Positions 20,501 through 30,995 of a stretch of DNA of 64,000 bases are shown piece by piece. Both the position numbers and the translations under genes were made by a program. The stretch's first letter is position 1, and each line of letters begins with the position of its first letter. This DNA is from a virus: the IMG/VR virus record IMGVR_UViG_3300025132_008118; one strand, given 5' to 3'. A model generated the notes under the pieces. The model was not told where the DNA came from, did not search any database, and was given only the letters and a program-made list of their open reading frames with translations.

Positions 20501-21524
20501 TGAAGAAACGTATAGTTTATTATTAACTGGTCTCGATACTACCAGACGTACTATTTATGCTGCTAATCAAGAAATACCTGTATCGACATTCGGGACTAAT
20601 TCATTAACTGCTCTTTACCCGAAAGGTTTGTACAAATACAGAAGAATAGAAAATAATGCATATGAAGATATTATAGCATTCAATTCTGGACTATCTACTA
20701 AATTTGTAGAATTATCAGTTAACAGACCTCATTTTACCCCAATAAATTATCACGCAATCGATCAAAAGTATAGCTCCTATAGAGATCAGTTAGTATTTAA
20801 ATTTAATCTTAACTCCTTAATTGATGTCGAAACTATAACTGAAAAATGGAACAATGCAGGGCCGCCTTTAACAGCTACAGGTTATTCTGCATTTACTTGG
20901 TCTAACCCAGTTTCATCATTAAGTGCGTGGGATGGAGAGTTTATAATAACAAGCTCAGAAGATTTAGCTAATGTCGAAATAATATTTGTTGTACCAAACG
21001 TTTCAATTAAAAATTATTTTAATATCGATTTAGACTTAAATTTAGGTAAAATAAAATTATACAATAATGGTCTATTTTTTGGAGATATATCTTTTAATCC
21101 GAACCTAATACCAATTGAAAGAATTATCTATCCAGAATTATTTATAAATACACAAAATATTCGAAATATACCTATTGATGAAATAATAAAAGATATTTCA
21201 TATAATAGTTCGGGGGGAACTTTAAAGAACATAAAAGTGCATAACACATCATTTGATCAAAGTTTGATAAATTATTTAGAGTTACAGACTAAACAAATAG
21301 ATCCTTTATATTTTAGAGTACCATGTGGAACTAGAAATAATAATGAAGAAATTGATACGTTATTTACATACAAAATTCCTGGTAATATTAGCAATCATAT
21401 AAAAGTGAACATTAAAGATGTTGATATAAATAATGATATAAAACAAAAGTTAATTGATTATTTACAGCGTTCTGTAGAAGTTATTACACCATCTCAACAA
21501 AAATTAATTTATAACATCGATTAA
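17547..21524 (+). CDS. Large virion structural (baseplate-associated) protein
   Basis: 1325-aa beta-rich ORF with TATAAATA upstream; possible LamG-like C-terminal region. Confidence 0.55.
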   Translation: MSLSPTYQNLSALSPLYFKDSDEKLEFINQDKFTLQGLNLVTYNINQSANDSFIKNYSVNNLIKDKSSSEIFNLTRKIDTQDLNTKLHFKSTQNLLSATFFLQVLTTEDDKETVATFNIDLENLNGSKFLVDFVNKDFCTVSFFDGKIPKFLYDASRDALIFKFLSTEKIPLTSFYYFNYFYDSENKKLRLYKDNNIVTTVTTVLTTNAKALSTGSDGYQFFVNTLLSAEIDSIGLLPSNEERLSNGTISVGNEIKLLNNDNIDQFTYYDFQDNYRLSNDTISGVKYDFLTYYTYSNVITGDKNYANLKFFNLKNHISNDNIAYGGPLENRDDNLEYRGREYQNFTNQKSKEKDFDNISLNYTFFDKEYKIGSKDYTAFTLPGDLFPFRKININDTGLATNGSFAATSPYFSDKVFKLTDTNKNKLQNSFIEDQEFLVLQNDVSLFVLQSGDLLGFQSINDTQSNDIFGDYLCTWLKGDGITKGVWFDRYYLPKENSYTVSFSGNSNIFNNTTQAAEFFKNNETDLVYYDLKSNMTFEPSASYGYQRINNKQINTYIDGQKDKLIKDSFNIQTSAVQMQDINEVNLNDTKGYDNLDIQAIPNRDFNIGFELELDSLSSLDSFQLAGNLYEDGFALKNNFFFTPFIFIPQGNVVHIYDNNLKLLRSNTYKDTENILDVLYIEQNNNIVLICDNRVIKTNYFGEILNERFPDDGFANSALLLEIIKSYKSKTYYGYNNVFFVSNQYITNDFLINFDLNNLIPLRSSILQQQYLSDPLSASYDSLVPTATGSYRFLNGVEPNKLNNNVACSLDNVNRFISKQLIPGEAFLTTSLSSELSGGIIQGQSYDENYYTVIQTATGEPTFNSSFLTYFDFIQDGRARIVFDNLNVVQNEDPILDSINAQIYDINSVNERLFVQYVNLTAGKGFVQEFTPERFKLSAYELSETVNTGYKIDFLEENKELKIMSFARDLSSNIVVDKINATTGQLEETYSLLLTGLDTTRRTIYAANQEIPVSTFGTNSLTALYPKGLYKYRRIENNAYEDIIAFNSGLSTKFVELSVNRPHFTPINYHAIDQKYSSYRDQLVFKFNLNSLIDVETITEKWNNAGPPLTATGYSAFTWSNPVSSLSAWDGEFIITSSEDLANVEIIFVVPNVSIKNYFNIDLDLNLGKIKLYNNGLFFGDISFNPNLIPIERIIYPELFINTQNIRNIPIDEIIKDISYNSSGGTLKNIKVHNTSFDQSLINYLELQTKQIDPLYFRVPCGTRNNNEEIDTLFTYKIPGNISNHIKVNIKDVDINNDIKQKLIDYLQRSVEVITPSQQKLIYNID

Positions 21525-21530
21525 AAACAT

Positions 21531-23501
21531 ATGTCAGCAAATAATATAACAACAGATTTTTATGTCGGTCAAGATTTAGAAAACAACTCTAGTGATGAAT
21601 ATAAATCAATAACAACTGCAAAAAAAGTAGCATTTACAAAAGGAAATGAATTTACTTTCGATGGGGTCGATTATATCGGTTATTATAACTATGATGGTAC
21701 TAATTTTTACAAAACTAAAACCTTAAAAGATGATAAACTAGTAGTTGTCGAAAATGTAAATACAGATATTATTGATTCAAAAAAATTCTTTGATAGAACT
21801 ATTTTTACTGAATTAAACCCCTCATATGTGTTAGATGATATTTTATTCAAACCTAATGAAATAATAAATAAAAATTCAATAAATTTTAAACTTAATTTAT
21901 TATATGATAACTTTATTGATTTGTATAGATTTTCAAATATTAATAACCCTTTAATACCGACAGATTTTAATGCATATGCAGTATTATCAACCACATCAAC
22001 AAGTACTGAGTGGCAGTGGGTGTCATCCGACGTTAGATTTATTTCCGGTGGTCTTGACCCAAGCTTAATTTCTTTTTCAGCTTATAATGAACAATTTTTT
22101 GAAGTTGATAAAATGAATACCATAGCTTTGAAAAGTACAAAGGAACCTGAAGAATATACCCTATTTGTAACTACTAGTTCTTACTTATTCGCATATCAAT
22201 TAGATCGAAATGATACAATGTTTGATCTTGTATTAAGTGCTGATTCAATTGGTATCGATGGTATGCTTAAATTTGAAAATATTACTAGCATGGCAGCTGA
22301 TAAAGAAAACGATATTCTTTATTTAAATGACAGAGGCAAACAACAAATTTTTAAAGCTGAAACAAAAACAATTATTAATAAAGACCGTACCGGTGTTAGA
22401 CAGTTTAAATTATTAGAAACTATAGGGGGTAAAGGAAAAGATAATACTAATTTTAATGATAATACATATATAGAATATGGTAACGGTAATATATTTGTAT
22501 TTGATGCTGTCGATAACAGTATAAAGAAGTTTAGTGATAGATTCGTTTTTAAACTCAGATATGCTAATGTAAATTTATTTACAGAAAATGAATTTATTAG
22601 TATGACGTATAATCATACATTCGATTTACTGTACATATTAACTAAAACTTATAAAGTTGTAGTATTAAATGCTAATAACTTTGAAGAAGTTGATAGGTAT
22701 ACATTAACCAGTAACCCGTTTGAATTTTCTATACCCCTTATAGGGGCTTTTGAACTGCCAAGTAAAATAGTTTTTTCTGAGAATGATAGTAATGTTTACT
22801 ATTTACAGACAACAAAAAACGTATATAAATATTTTGTAAATACTCAAACCAAAAATATTGAAAGATTTACTATTGATATTTCATTCGATTCTGTAAATAT
22901 GTGGAATACAATATTTGCTAGATTTTCTGCTTTTGATACCAAATGGGACGAACTACCAGATTTCGACAAATTTACATTAGCATCGACCGGATTAACAATA
23001 ATAGATAGTAATGTAGAAGATACAGATAAAATATTATTATGGTCAAATAAGAGAATATTTAGTTTTAATGACGATAATAATCACGTTTCTTTATTGAATA
23101 CAACAAGACCTAACTTTTATAAGAAAAGTGAAATATTTTTAAATGATGAATATTTTAATAATATAACGTTTAATTCTACTATATTCAGGCATTTATTTAA
23201 CTTAAATTTATTAAGTTCAAATTTAAACAAACAGATACTTGCTGTATTCGATACAATAGAAACTGATGGTTATTTAAGATTTAAGGACTTCTTAGAAATA
23301 TCATATGAAGATAAAGAAATATTAGATTTAAATAATCAAAAACAATACTTCGCCGGGGTTAATGAAACATTAAATGGTAATACATTAAATAGAATAATCA
23401 CTAACCTTTTCGAATATCAAAATAATATTATACAAGCAGTCAAAACTAAAAGAATTGGTGAAAGGATACCCATTTTAAAGACAGTACTATTAGATAAATA
23501 A
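21531..23501 (+). CDS. Virion structural protein with NHL/beta-propeller-like repeats
   Basis: ITSMAAD..NDILYLND and IFVFDAVDNSIKKF segments. Confidence 0.5.
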   Translation: MSANNITTDFYVGQDLENNSSDEYKSITTAKKVAFTKGNEFTFDGVDYIGYYNYDGTNFYKTKTLKDDKLVVVENVNTDIIDSKKFFDRTIFTELNPSYVLDDILFKPNEIINKNSINFKLNLLYDNFIDLYRFSNINNPLIPTDFNAYAVLSTTSTSTEWQWVSSDVRFISGGLDPSLISFSAYNEQFFEVDKMNTIALKSTKEPEEYTLFVTTSSYLFAYQLDRNDTMFDLVLSADSIGIDGMLKFENITSMAADKENDILYLNDRGKQQIFKAETKTIINKDRTGVRQFKLLETIGGKGKDNTNFNDNTYIEYGNGNIFVFDAVDNSIKKFSDRFVFKLRYANVNLFTENEFISMTYNHTFDLLYILTKTYKVVVLNANNFEEVDRYTLTSNPFEFSIPLIGAFELPSKIVFSENDSNVYYLQTTKNVYKYFVNTQTKNIERFTIDISFDSVNMWNTIFARFSAFDTKWDELPDFDKFTLASTGLTIIDSNVEDTDKILLWSNKRIFSFNDDNNHVSLLNTTRPNFYKKSEIFLNDEYFNNITFNSTIFRHLFNLNLLSSNLNKQILAVFDTIETDGYLRFKDFLEISYEDKEILDLNNQKQYFAGVNETLNGNTLNRIITNLFEYQNNIIQAVKTKRIGERIPILKTVLLDK

Positions 23502-23505
23502 TTAT

Positions 23506-24348
23506 ATGTCAACTTCAGTAACAGGCTTAGCAGGTGAAATAGTAGCGTTCACATATCCATCACTTATAAAAGTGGCCGATAATGGTAACATGCCTCCGGT
23601 TGCTAGTGGTAATAGAAATGGGCTCGCAGTTTTTACTCACCCTAATAGATCTGCATCACCCACAGCTTTATCAAGATTATCAGACGGTAGCGGTATTGTA
23701 GGCTCATTAGCAATAGGACCACAAACCGCCGGAGCTAAAATATTTGGCCCATTACTAGTAGATGGCGGTACTGGTAGCGTCGAATCAAAAGTAGTAGAAA
23801 TTAAAAATGGAGGTCTTTGCCTTGAAAAACAAATTTGTGCAGCGGGTACAGGTACCCATACTATCAACGGTACCGCACAGCTAGGAACATTAAAAGTTAC
23901 TGATGGCTCGACTTTATGCGGTGCTATTTTAGGCTGTAATAATTTAGCAATATGCGGTACTTCTACTTTAAGCGGTTGCGTGACACTGCACGGGGGTCTC
24001 AATGTTGACAGTGGTAATCTTTTCGTTACCGGTACTATTGACGCGACTGATGATATTACAGCATTTAAAACATCAGATAAAAGACTTAAAAATAATATTA
24101 TCAAAATTGATGATTCAAATGATGTAATTAATAGTTTGAATGGCTATAAATATGAATGGGATGAAAAAGCTACACAAAACGGGGAAGATGTTGGTGTAAT
24201 AGCTCAAGAAGTTAAAGAATTTATACCTTCTGCAGTTAGAGAAAATGGAAAAGGTTATCTATCAGTAGATTATGTAAAACTTATACCATACTTAATTGAA
24301 GAGATAAAAAGCTTAAACAATAGAATTAAAATATTAGAGGAGAAATAA
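23506..24348 (+). CDS. Short tail fibre with peptidase S74 intramolecular chaperone
   Basis: DITAFKTSDKRLKNNI, YEW, DVGVIAQEV, VDYVKLIPYLIEEIK and a terminal coiled coil. Confidence 0.85.
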   Translation: MSTSVTGLAGEIVAFTYPSLIKVADNGNMPPVASGNRNGLAVFTHPNRSASPTALSRLSDGSGIVGSLAIGPQTAGAKIFGPLLVDGGTGSVESKVVEIKNGGLCLEKQICAAGTGTHTINGTAQLGTLKVTDGSTLCGAILGCNNLAICGTSTLSGCVTLHGGLNVDSGNLFVTGTIDATDDITAFKTSDKRLKNNIIKIDDSNDVINSLNGYKYEWDEKATQNGEDVGVIAQEVKEFIPSAVRENGKGYLSVDYVKLIPYLIEEIKSLNNRIKILEEK

Positions 24349-25112
24349 TGGCAACTTTATTAGGAAAAAATATAAATGAAACGTACGAAGGTTTACTAAA
24401 AACCTTTACTAATCAGTGCCTGGGTTCAAATAACACAATTTCAGATGGTTTAGGTAATCCTACTGCTTTAAATTTAGGCAGTTCTGGTAATGGTTCTTCT
24501 TTTGATAATTCATTAGTAGTCGGTACTACTTTACTCGCTTGTAATGCTCTTACCACTAATAGCAATCTGTGTGTAAAAGGTTCCGGTACATTTGATAACA
24601 ATATTAAGGTTACCGGTAATACCCTTGTAACTGGTAATCTAACAGCTTCAAACTTTTTATTTGCTGGAGCGGGTTGCTTCAATGGTGGTATTACTTTTAA
24701 CAATACAATAGGAGTTTGCGGTGTATCAAACGTAAAAGATACTAACGTTACCGGGTGCGTAGATATTACGTGTGATTTAACTGTAGGAGGTACTATTAGT
24801 GCTAGTGGTGATATTATTGCGTTTAACACATCTGATAGTAGATTAAAAGAAAATTTAATTCCAATTGATTCTGAAAATTTTGTTAGTAATTTAACTGGCT
24901 ACGAATTTGACTGGAATGAAAGGTCAAAAAGATCTGGTAAAGGAAAAGGAATTATAGCTCAAGATTTATACAATATTGATGAAAGTTTAGTTAGAGAAAA
25001 TGGCGATGGTTATCTCACTGTAGACTATACAAGTCTTATACCTGTACTAATTGAGGAAGTTAAAAGATTGAGCAAAGAAATAGATTCGTTAAAAAATTTA
25101 CAACACCATTAA
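24348..25112 (+). CDS. Second short tail fibre with peptidase S74 chaperone
   Basis: DIIAFNTSDSRLKENL, YEFDW, GIIAQD, VDYTSLIPVLIEEVK. Confidence 0.85.
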   Translation: MATLLGKNINETYEGLLKTFTNQCLGSNNTISDGLGNPTALNLGSSGNGSSFDNSLVVGTTLLACNALTTNSNLCVKGSGTFDNNIKVTGNTLVTGNLTASNFLFAGAGCFNGGITFNNTIGVCGVSNVKDTNVTGCVDITCDLTVGGTISASGDIIAFNTSDSRLKENLIPIDSENFVSNLTGYEFDWNERSKRSGKGKGIIAQDLYNIDESLVRENGDGYLTVDYTSLIPVLIEEVKRLSKEIDSLKNLQHH

Positions 25113-25879
25113 TTAAACGTAGGCTCGAAATAACGGAAACTACCAAAACCTGAAGTACCCACTAACGTACTATCATCAGCTGATAACGTGCTTAGTAAAA
25201 GCTCCCCTGAAGACAATTTACCATATATAAAAGTACTATTAGTTTTTACACCATCAATAATTTCAAATTTTTCATCTGGTGATGTAAAGAAGAAACTTTT
25301 ATTCTGATATTGGAAATTAGTATTATCTAAATAATTTTCTTCTAATTGTAAAGGTGCATTATTTCCGTCTACACTAAGATTTATCTTGTAATTATTAGCT
25401 GACAATTCTTGTGATGTTGCAATATTATTAAATCTCGTTATTAAAAACTTTACTGTACTTTCACTTTCATTTTGCGTTTCTGCATCTTGCGTTAGAAAAA
25501 TTTTATCAGGTACCGGGTCTTTAACGTTAATAACAAAACCTTCTCTAGATCTAAAAAAGTCCCCACCACTTGTAGCAACTACTAATGTAACTTGAAAATT
25601 ACCAGATGTTTTATACGTATGGAATGCTGAAAGATTATTTTCAATAATGGTACCATCACCAAAATCTATAAAAAAATTAGTATCTGAAATCATAGGATCA
25701 GCGGTTGAAAAATCAGGTACAGCATAAACCCCACCTAAGTTACCTGAATATATAGTACTACTAAGATCTGTGCTATTAGAAGTACCTCCTAATACTTTAT
25801 CAAAATTTCTATTATATATACCAAGCTGTATAACTATACCTGACAACGAACTATAATCTTTATTAAAACTGTAATTCAT
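25109..25879 (-). CDS. PKD-domain structural protein
   Basis: FFIDFGDGT...HTYKTSGNFQVTL is a PKD signature. Confidence 0.6.
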   Translation of the reverse strand: MNYSFNKDYSSLSGIVIQLGIYNRNFDKVLGGTSNSTDLSSTIYSGNLGGVYAVPDFSTADPMISDTNFFIDFGDGTIIENNLSAFHTYKTSGNFQVTLVVATSGGDFFRSREGFVINVKDPVPDKIFLTQDAETQNESESTVKFLITRFNNIATSQELSANNYKINLSVDGNNAPLQLEENYLDNTNFQYQNKSFFFTSPDEKFEIIDGVKTNSTFIYGKLSSGELLLSTLSADDSTLVGTSGFGSFRYFEPTFN

Positions 25880-25880
25880 T

Positions 25881-27710
25881 TTATGCGTTTTCTACAATAA
25901 TATTAGATAGTATGGATTTATTTGAAAGGTAAGGGTACTTAAAGAATGGTAATTTAATATCACTACCAATTATCTGTATATCATTATCAGGGTATATAGG
26001 GTTACAAACAACAAGACTAATTCCTTCGACTTCATTAACTTGGACATTATTAACAATTCGTCTTGTTCGTATATCTTCAATACCTTCAATATTAAAAATT
26101 TGATTACTTATCTCCTTTAAACTTACTAAATCACCTAAATTTAAAGAATCAAAATAATTAATAAATATATTATTAATTCTTTCTTTTATTGCTTCTGTAC
26201 TTGAATTACTTAATACGTTTCTCTTTATAACTAAAAAAGACTCATTGTTTATATCTTTAGTAATAGTTTCAGTTTGATTTTCTCCTTTTCTGGCTCCTAA
26301 ACCAAATGAAGTATATACCGGATCTACAGGTACAATATTAATATTAGCCTGTTGTTGTTCTTTAAATGAATTTATAATTGATGATTTTTGAGAGGTTGAA
26401 ACAAAATTAAGATTATCATTTTCATCGACATTGTTAAATTTAGATACTAAAAATAAATAAACATTATTAATTTGATTTATAGAATTAAAATTTACCTGGT
26501 TAAATAAAACTCTACTATCATCATTTGGTTTATTTAAACCAATATTTAAAAAATAATTTAAATACTGATCAACATAATCATCATTATTAACTACACTAAA
26601 CGATTTTAAAACTTGCGAAAAATTAGCAGAAAGAAAATCATTATAATCTTTTATGGTTATAATTCTGTTTTGTAATTGGAAATTTTTGGCAGCATTATTT
26701 CTAATAGTTTCAGTATCTTCTTTTTCTACTGGTGGTGTTGATTGAAGGCTGTTCGAAAAATTTAAATACTGAAGTTGTTGCGTAGTTAAAAAATTAAATG
26801 TATTATTGTATATATCTTGACTAATTTGATTGAATCTAGGAGTAGTATATAAAATTAATTTACTACCATCTAATACTCCCGGTGATATAACTCCTGCTTG
26901 CCCTGAACTTTGTATATAATATATAAAAATACTATCACCTTCATTAAGTTTTTTACCAAACACTCCATTACCAAATTTAAATTCGTAAAGTCCATTTTCA
27001 TTCAATCGTTTTTCGAATACAGTTGAATCTGAATTTTCTAAAAATAAACTTGACGTTTCAGTATATTCAAGAATTTTTTTAGTATCAGCGTCCTGCACAT
27101 AAATTCCAATAGAACCGCTATCTATATCAATTTTTAAATTATCATCATTACTTTTCACTGCCAAAGTTACAGATTCAAAATCTTCCCCTAACGCAGTTAT
27201 TTCTGGATACTCAAAATATTGACCCTCTCTTAAAATATTTTCACTTGAAAAATTCTTTAAATTTTGTTCACCTGGTACAGTTTTATTAAAAGTACTATCA
27301 TTAATAAATGAATAATAAAGACCGCCTACAGCAAAATAACTATACCGTTTAATTGTATATGCGTCTTGTGGTAGTAAACTTGAAACGTTTAAATTAAATG
27401 AAAGTAAAGAAGTTTGATAACCTTTTGGCTTATAATCAATCAATTTAACGATTCTATTCATATTTTCATATATACTTGTATCGGTAAACATCGACTCTGC
27501 AGACGTTTGATTAAGATAAAATAAAAGTAAATGGTAACTATAAGCAATAACGTCAATTATAGATGACATATTACTACCTTCAAAAGACTGGTCAGTGTAT
27601 ACACCACCTTGATTCAATCTTGTTTGAATGAGTTCTTTTAGTGATTTTGCATCAAAAGCAGTATAACTGTCTCTTGATAGACTAAAATCAGTTAAATTTT
27701 CCTTCGCCAT
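25881..27710 (-). CDS. Baseplate wedge subunit gp6
   Basis: FDAKSLK, D..FEGSNMS.IIDV.AY, YEFKFGNGVFG, E.TETIR.NA...QNR..T..DY. Confidence 0.85.
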   Translation of the reverse strand: MAKENLTDFSLSRDSYTAFDAKSLKELIQTRLNQGGVYTDQSFEGSNMSSIIDVIAYSYHLLLFYLNQTSAESMFTDTSIYENMNRIVKLIDYKPKGYQTSLLSFNLNVSSLLPQDAYTIKRYSYFAVGGLYYSFINDSTFNKTVPGEQNLKNFSSENILREGQYFEYPEITALGEDFESVTLAVKSNDDNLKIDIDSGSIGIYVQDADTKKILEYTETSSLFLENSDSTVFEKRLNENGLYEFKFGNGVFGKKLNEGDSIFIYYIQSSGQAGVISPGVLDGSKLILYTTPRFNQISQDIYNNTFNFLTTQQLQYLNFSNSLQSTPPVEKEDTETIRNNAAKNFQLQNRIITIKDYNDFLSANFSQVLKSFSVVNNDDYVDQYLNYFLNIGLNKPNDDSRVLFNQVNFNSINQINNVYLFLVSKFNNVDENDNLNFVSTSQKSSIINSFKEQQQANINIVPVDPVYTSFGLGARKGENQTETITKDINNESFLVIKRNVLSNSSTEAIKERINNIFINYFDSLNLGDLVSLKEISNQIFNIEGIEDIRTRRIVNNVQVNEVEGISLVVCNPIYPDNDIQIIGSDIKLPFFKYPYLSNKSILSNIIVENA

Positions 27711-27722
27711 AAATATATTTAA

Positions 27723-28196
27723 TTAATAACTATAAAAACCAGATTTGTTTAATCTACCTTTTAAATTTAAAGGATTATTATTAAATTCAGGTATATTAAT
27801 TAGTAGATTTAATTCATATTCCCCTGCTTCAATATCTGCTACAACCTCAATTTCATTTATTTGTATCCTTGGTTCAAAACCAACAAAAGTATTATTTATT
27901 GTCTCACCAATTACAGTAGCTCTTGCCTTTGATACAGGTAAGAATAAAAGATCTCCAAAGTTCATACCAAATTCCGGGTTAAGTATTTTTTGACCTGGAA
28001 AGGTAGTTATTAAATTAATTAATGAATTTTTTATAGCTTTAAAATTAACCGATGTATTTAAATCTTTTAAATTTTCCGGACTTTCTAATTGGTCTCCCTT
28101 TACTACACCCACATTTACTTTCAGATCAATATCCCTATAAAGTATATCATCAGTCTGATTTATTACAGGTTCTAAAATATTTAGTTTTATAGGCAT
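27723..28196 (-). CDS. Baseplate wedge subunit gp25
   Basis: YRDIDL, AIKNSL.NL.TT.PG.K..NPEFG, FEPRI. Confidence 0.85.
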   Translation of the reverse strand: MPIKLNILEPVINQTDDILYRDIDLKVNVGVVKGDQLESPENLKDLNTSVNFKAIKNSLINLITTFPGQKILNPEFGMNFGDLLFLPVSKARATVIGETINNTFVGFEPRIQINEIEVVADIEAGEYELNLLINIPEFNNNPLNLKGRLNKSGFYSY

Positions 28197-28217
28197 ATAG
28201 ATATTTAGTAAAAGTTA

Positions 28218-30956
28218 TTATGTACTAATAAAATTATATAAAGTATTATTTTTATCAATTAAATTAAATACAAAATTATCATTATTGGTTTTTTGGCCGT
28301 TAATAGCTTTTAACTCTAACGGTGTTAAGTCTGAAATTAATTTTATAGCAACTAAATTAATAGTAGTTATACCACCATTTTCGTAATGTAATTTTATCGA
28401 ACCAGTTGATGATATTGCATCATTAAATGATGTATAAATATGGCTAAAATTACTTAACTTAAGTGTATTATCAGATGATTGAAACTTTGAATATATTGTA
28501 TCGGTACTATTATCACCGTAATCTATTTCCGCTTTATATAAACTCATACTGGCTGATAATTGAGTCACATTTTGTAAATCAAAATTTATATCAGTTGTAC
28601 CAGAGTAAGCAAAAGTAACTGTTCTAGAGAAATCATCTTCTGGGAATGATAATGATGGTAAAGTTAAATCCCCTGAACCTGGTAAAAAATTAAAAGTGTC
28701 AGATAATTGAGCTGCATTTATAACTGCATTTCTCGTATTAGTAATAGCTGAATTATTAAAATTTGTAAAAAGGTCATTAACAATAATGGAAATTTTATTA
28801 TTAACTATTTTATAATTAAAATAATGTAATACTAGTGATTCGTTTTGATTTAAGAAAGTTGTTGTTAAAATATAAGAATCATCATAACTATTATATTTTA
28901 AATCACTATTAACTAATCTATTAATTGTTACACTAGCATCAGGTGAATTGAAATTGAATGTATTTAAAAAGTAAGTAGATGTTTCTGTGTTTCTAGTACT
29001 TATTTCATCTATAGTTTTCTTCTGTGTATCGAACTTATATAATTCATAACGAAATGTATTTGAATTACTTGAACCTGATAAACTTATATTAAATTTATAT
29101 ATCGAACCAGCATTATAACAATCTTTTGTAATGAATGCAAAACTAGGATGGGTTAGATCTTTTTCAATTATTAAAGGAGAAATTATTTGTTCTATATAAT
29201 TACCATCATATTTAAAAGTATCAACAATTGAAAATGAACTTAAATCTATACTATATGTATCTTCATAAACATTAATATCTAAGATATCAGAACTAGTGAT
29301 TTGTTGATATAGAGTACTATTATGTGTAAATTTATTATAAATAGTATTGAAGTTTGAACTAGATAACGGTTTTAACGTTTTAGTCGTTACATCTTTAACA
29401 TATATTGATTTTAAACTATTAATTTTACCACTAAAACCAGATAGTTGTTCAATAACGCCGTATCGGTTTTCGGAAATATCAATTGTATTACCTGATTCAA
29501 ATGCAGCATTTTGAACGATATCTATATCAGCTGTATTTCTTATTACACCTCTATTAGGTATTACTTGTATATATTCATTACCGTATATATCTGTTTCAAT
29601 TTTATCCACTGAACCATAATTAACTAGATCAGTAACTGAATCCGGAAATTGACCACTATTATTGATATCGATACGTCTATTTTCTAATGATTGGTATGAA
29701 TGGAAATAATGATTTCTTTCATTGGCTTTAACTGTGTTACGTGAAGAGGAAGAAGAAATATTCTTATAACTATTATTATCAAAATAGAAGTTAAAGGGGT
29801 TATCTCTTTTTGTGTTACTTAAGTTTATCACATCCCCATATTGATCGGGGTCTGGAAAAACATACACATAATTATCAATTAGTTTAGATTTTATTTTTCT
29901 TATGTATTCACCGTCTACCTTTAAAATAGAAAATTTAGTAGGGTTAAAAAATAAACCAATATCTCTTTCAAAATCACTAGGTATTTTTTCTTTAGCCATT
30001 ACTGAAGGGAAGTTAATATTAAATAAATTTTTTGCTTTATTTTTAGCCTCAAACAATTTACCAGATACAAATTCAGTACCAGTATTGCTCAAATAGTAAT
30101 AATCAGTACCTACTAAATGTTCAGATAATTCAGCTTCAAAAAGAACTCTATAAGTATCGGTATCATTAGTAATTTTATAATCTATAAAATCATCCCGACG
30201 TAATAGACTTGTATTAACTTCATTAAACTCAACTACTAATTTATATGGGTTTAATTCGGTAAGAGTAATCTTATTGTTATTTAGCACCTCTACCAATGCT
30301 TGATCAATATCTAAAAATGAATTTACATTTATATCATTAGTAATATACGTTTCGTTTGCTTCCACAGAAAGTGGGTTAACATCGAAATAATCGTTAAATG
30401 TATCGTACCCTAATTCTATATCAACCCTTAAAGATGATAATGAAACAACATCTCCGGTGTAATCAGGACTAGTAAAAAAATTAGCAATGTTATTTCTAAT
30501 TTGATCTTTAACACTTAAGTTACTACCTTTACCTTGTTTTTCTCTTAATTCTCTTTGGAATGTATTTCTTTTTTCTCTATAATAATCTAAAATTTCTACT
30601 ATTTTTGCTCTATAAAATGGTATTATCTTAGTTAGAGAATCTTTATCGAAAAAATCAACAGTATTAAAAAATCTTCTTTGTTCTTGTGTAGAATATTTTA
30701 AAGTTAAATCATTAAAGAAGTTTAAATAAATTGATCTAATATTAACTGAGTTATTTTTATTATTATCAAAATCAGTTTCTTTCCACTTTTCTAAGTATTT
30801 TTTATATTGATTGAAATTTTCCAAATCATTAGTATCGATAACTTTTACATAATTTAAATACTCGATAAAATTAAATGGGCTACCGACGTCAAATTTATCG
30901 TCAGATAAAGTATTAGTTATACTATTATTAACAACATACTCTGTGAATTTTATCAT
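28218..30956 (-). CDS. Large hypothetical structural protein
   Basis: 912-aa ORF between gp5 and gp25 with TAAATA upstream. Confidence 0.55.
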   Translation of the reverse strand: MIKFTEYVVNNSITNTLSDDKFDVGSPFNFIEYLNYVKVIDTNDLENFNQYKKYLEKWKETDFDNNKNNSVNIRSIYLNFFNDLTLKYSTQEQRRFFNTVDFFDKDSLTKIIPFYRAKIVEILDYYREKRNTFQRELREKQGKGSNLSVKDQIRNNIANFFTSPDYTGDVVSLSSLRVDIELGYDTFNDYFDVNPLSVEANETYITNDINVNSFLDIDQALVEVLNNNKITLTELNPYKLVVEFNEVNTSLLRRDDFIDYKITNDTDTYRVLFEAELSEHLVGTDYYYLSNTGTEFVSGKLFEAKNKAKNLFNINFPSVMAKEKIPSDFERDIGLFFNPTKFSILKVDGEYIRKIKSKLIDNYVYVFPDPDQYGDVINLSNTKRDNPFNFYFDNNSYKNISSSSSRNTVKANERNHYFHSYQSLENRRIDINNSGQFPDSVTDLVNYGSVDKIETDIYGNEYIQVIPNRGVIRNTADIDIVQNAAFESGNTIDISENRYGVIEQLSGFSGKINSLKSIYVKDVTTKTLKPLSSSNFNTIYNKFTHNSTLYQQITSSDILDINVYEDTYSIDLSSFSIVDTFKYDGNYIEQIISPLIIEKDLTHPSFAFITKDCYNAGSIYKFNISLSGSSNSNTFRYELYKFDTQKKTIDEISTRNTETSTYFLNTFNFNSPDASVTINRLVNSDLKYNSYDDSYILTTTFLNQNESLVLHYFNYKIVNNKISIIVNDLFTNFNNSAITNTRNAVINAAQLSDTFNFLPGSGDLTLPSLSFPEDDFSRTVTFAYSGTTDINFDLQNVTQLSASMSLYKAEIDYGDNSTDTIYSKFQSSDNTLKLSNFSHIYTSFNDAISSTGSIKLHYENGGITTINLVAIKLISDLTPLELKAINGQKTNNDNFVFNLIDKNNTLYNFIST

Positions 30957-30995
30957 ACTATAATATTTAATACAGGTTAATAACTATCAAATTAA

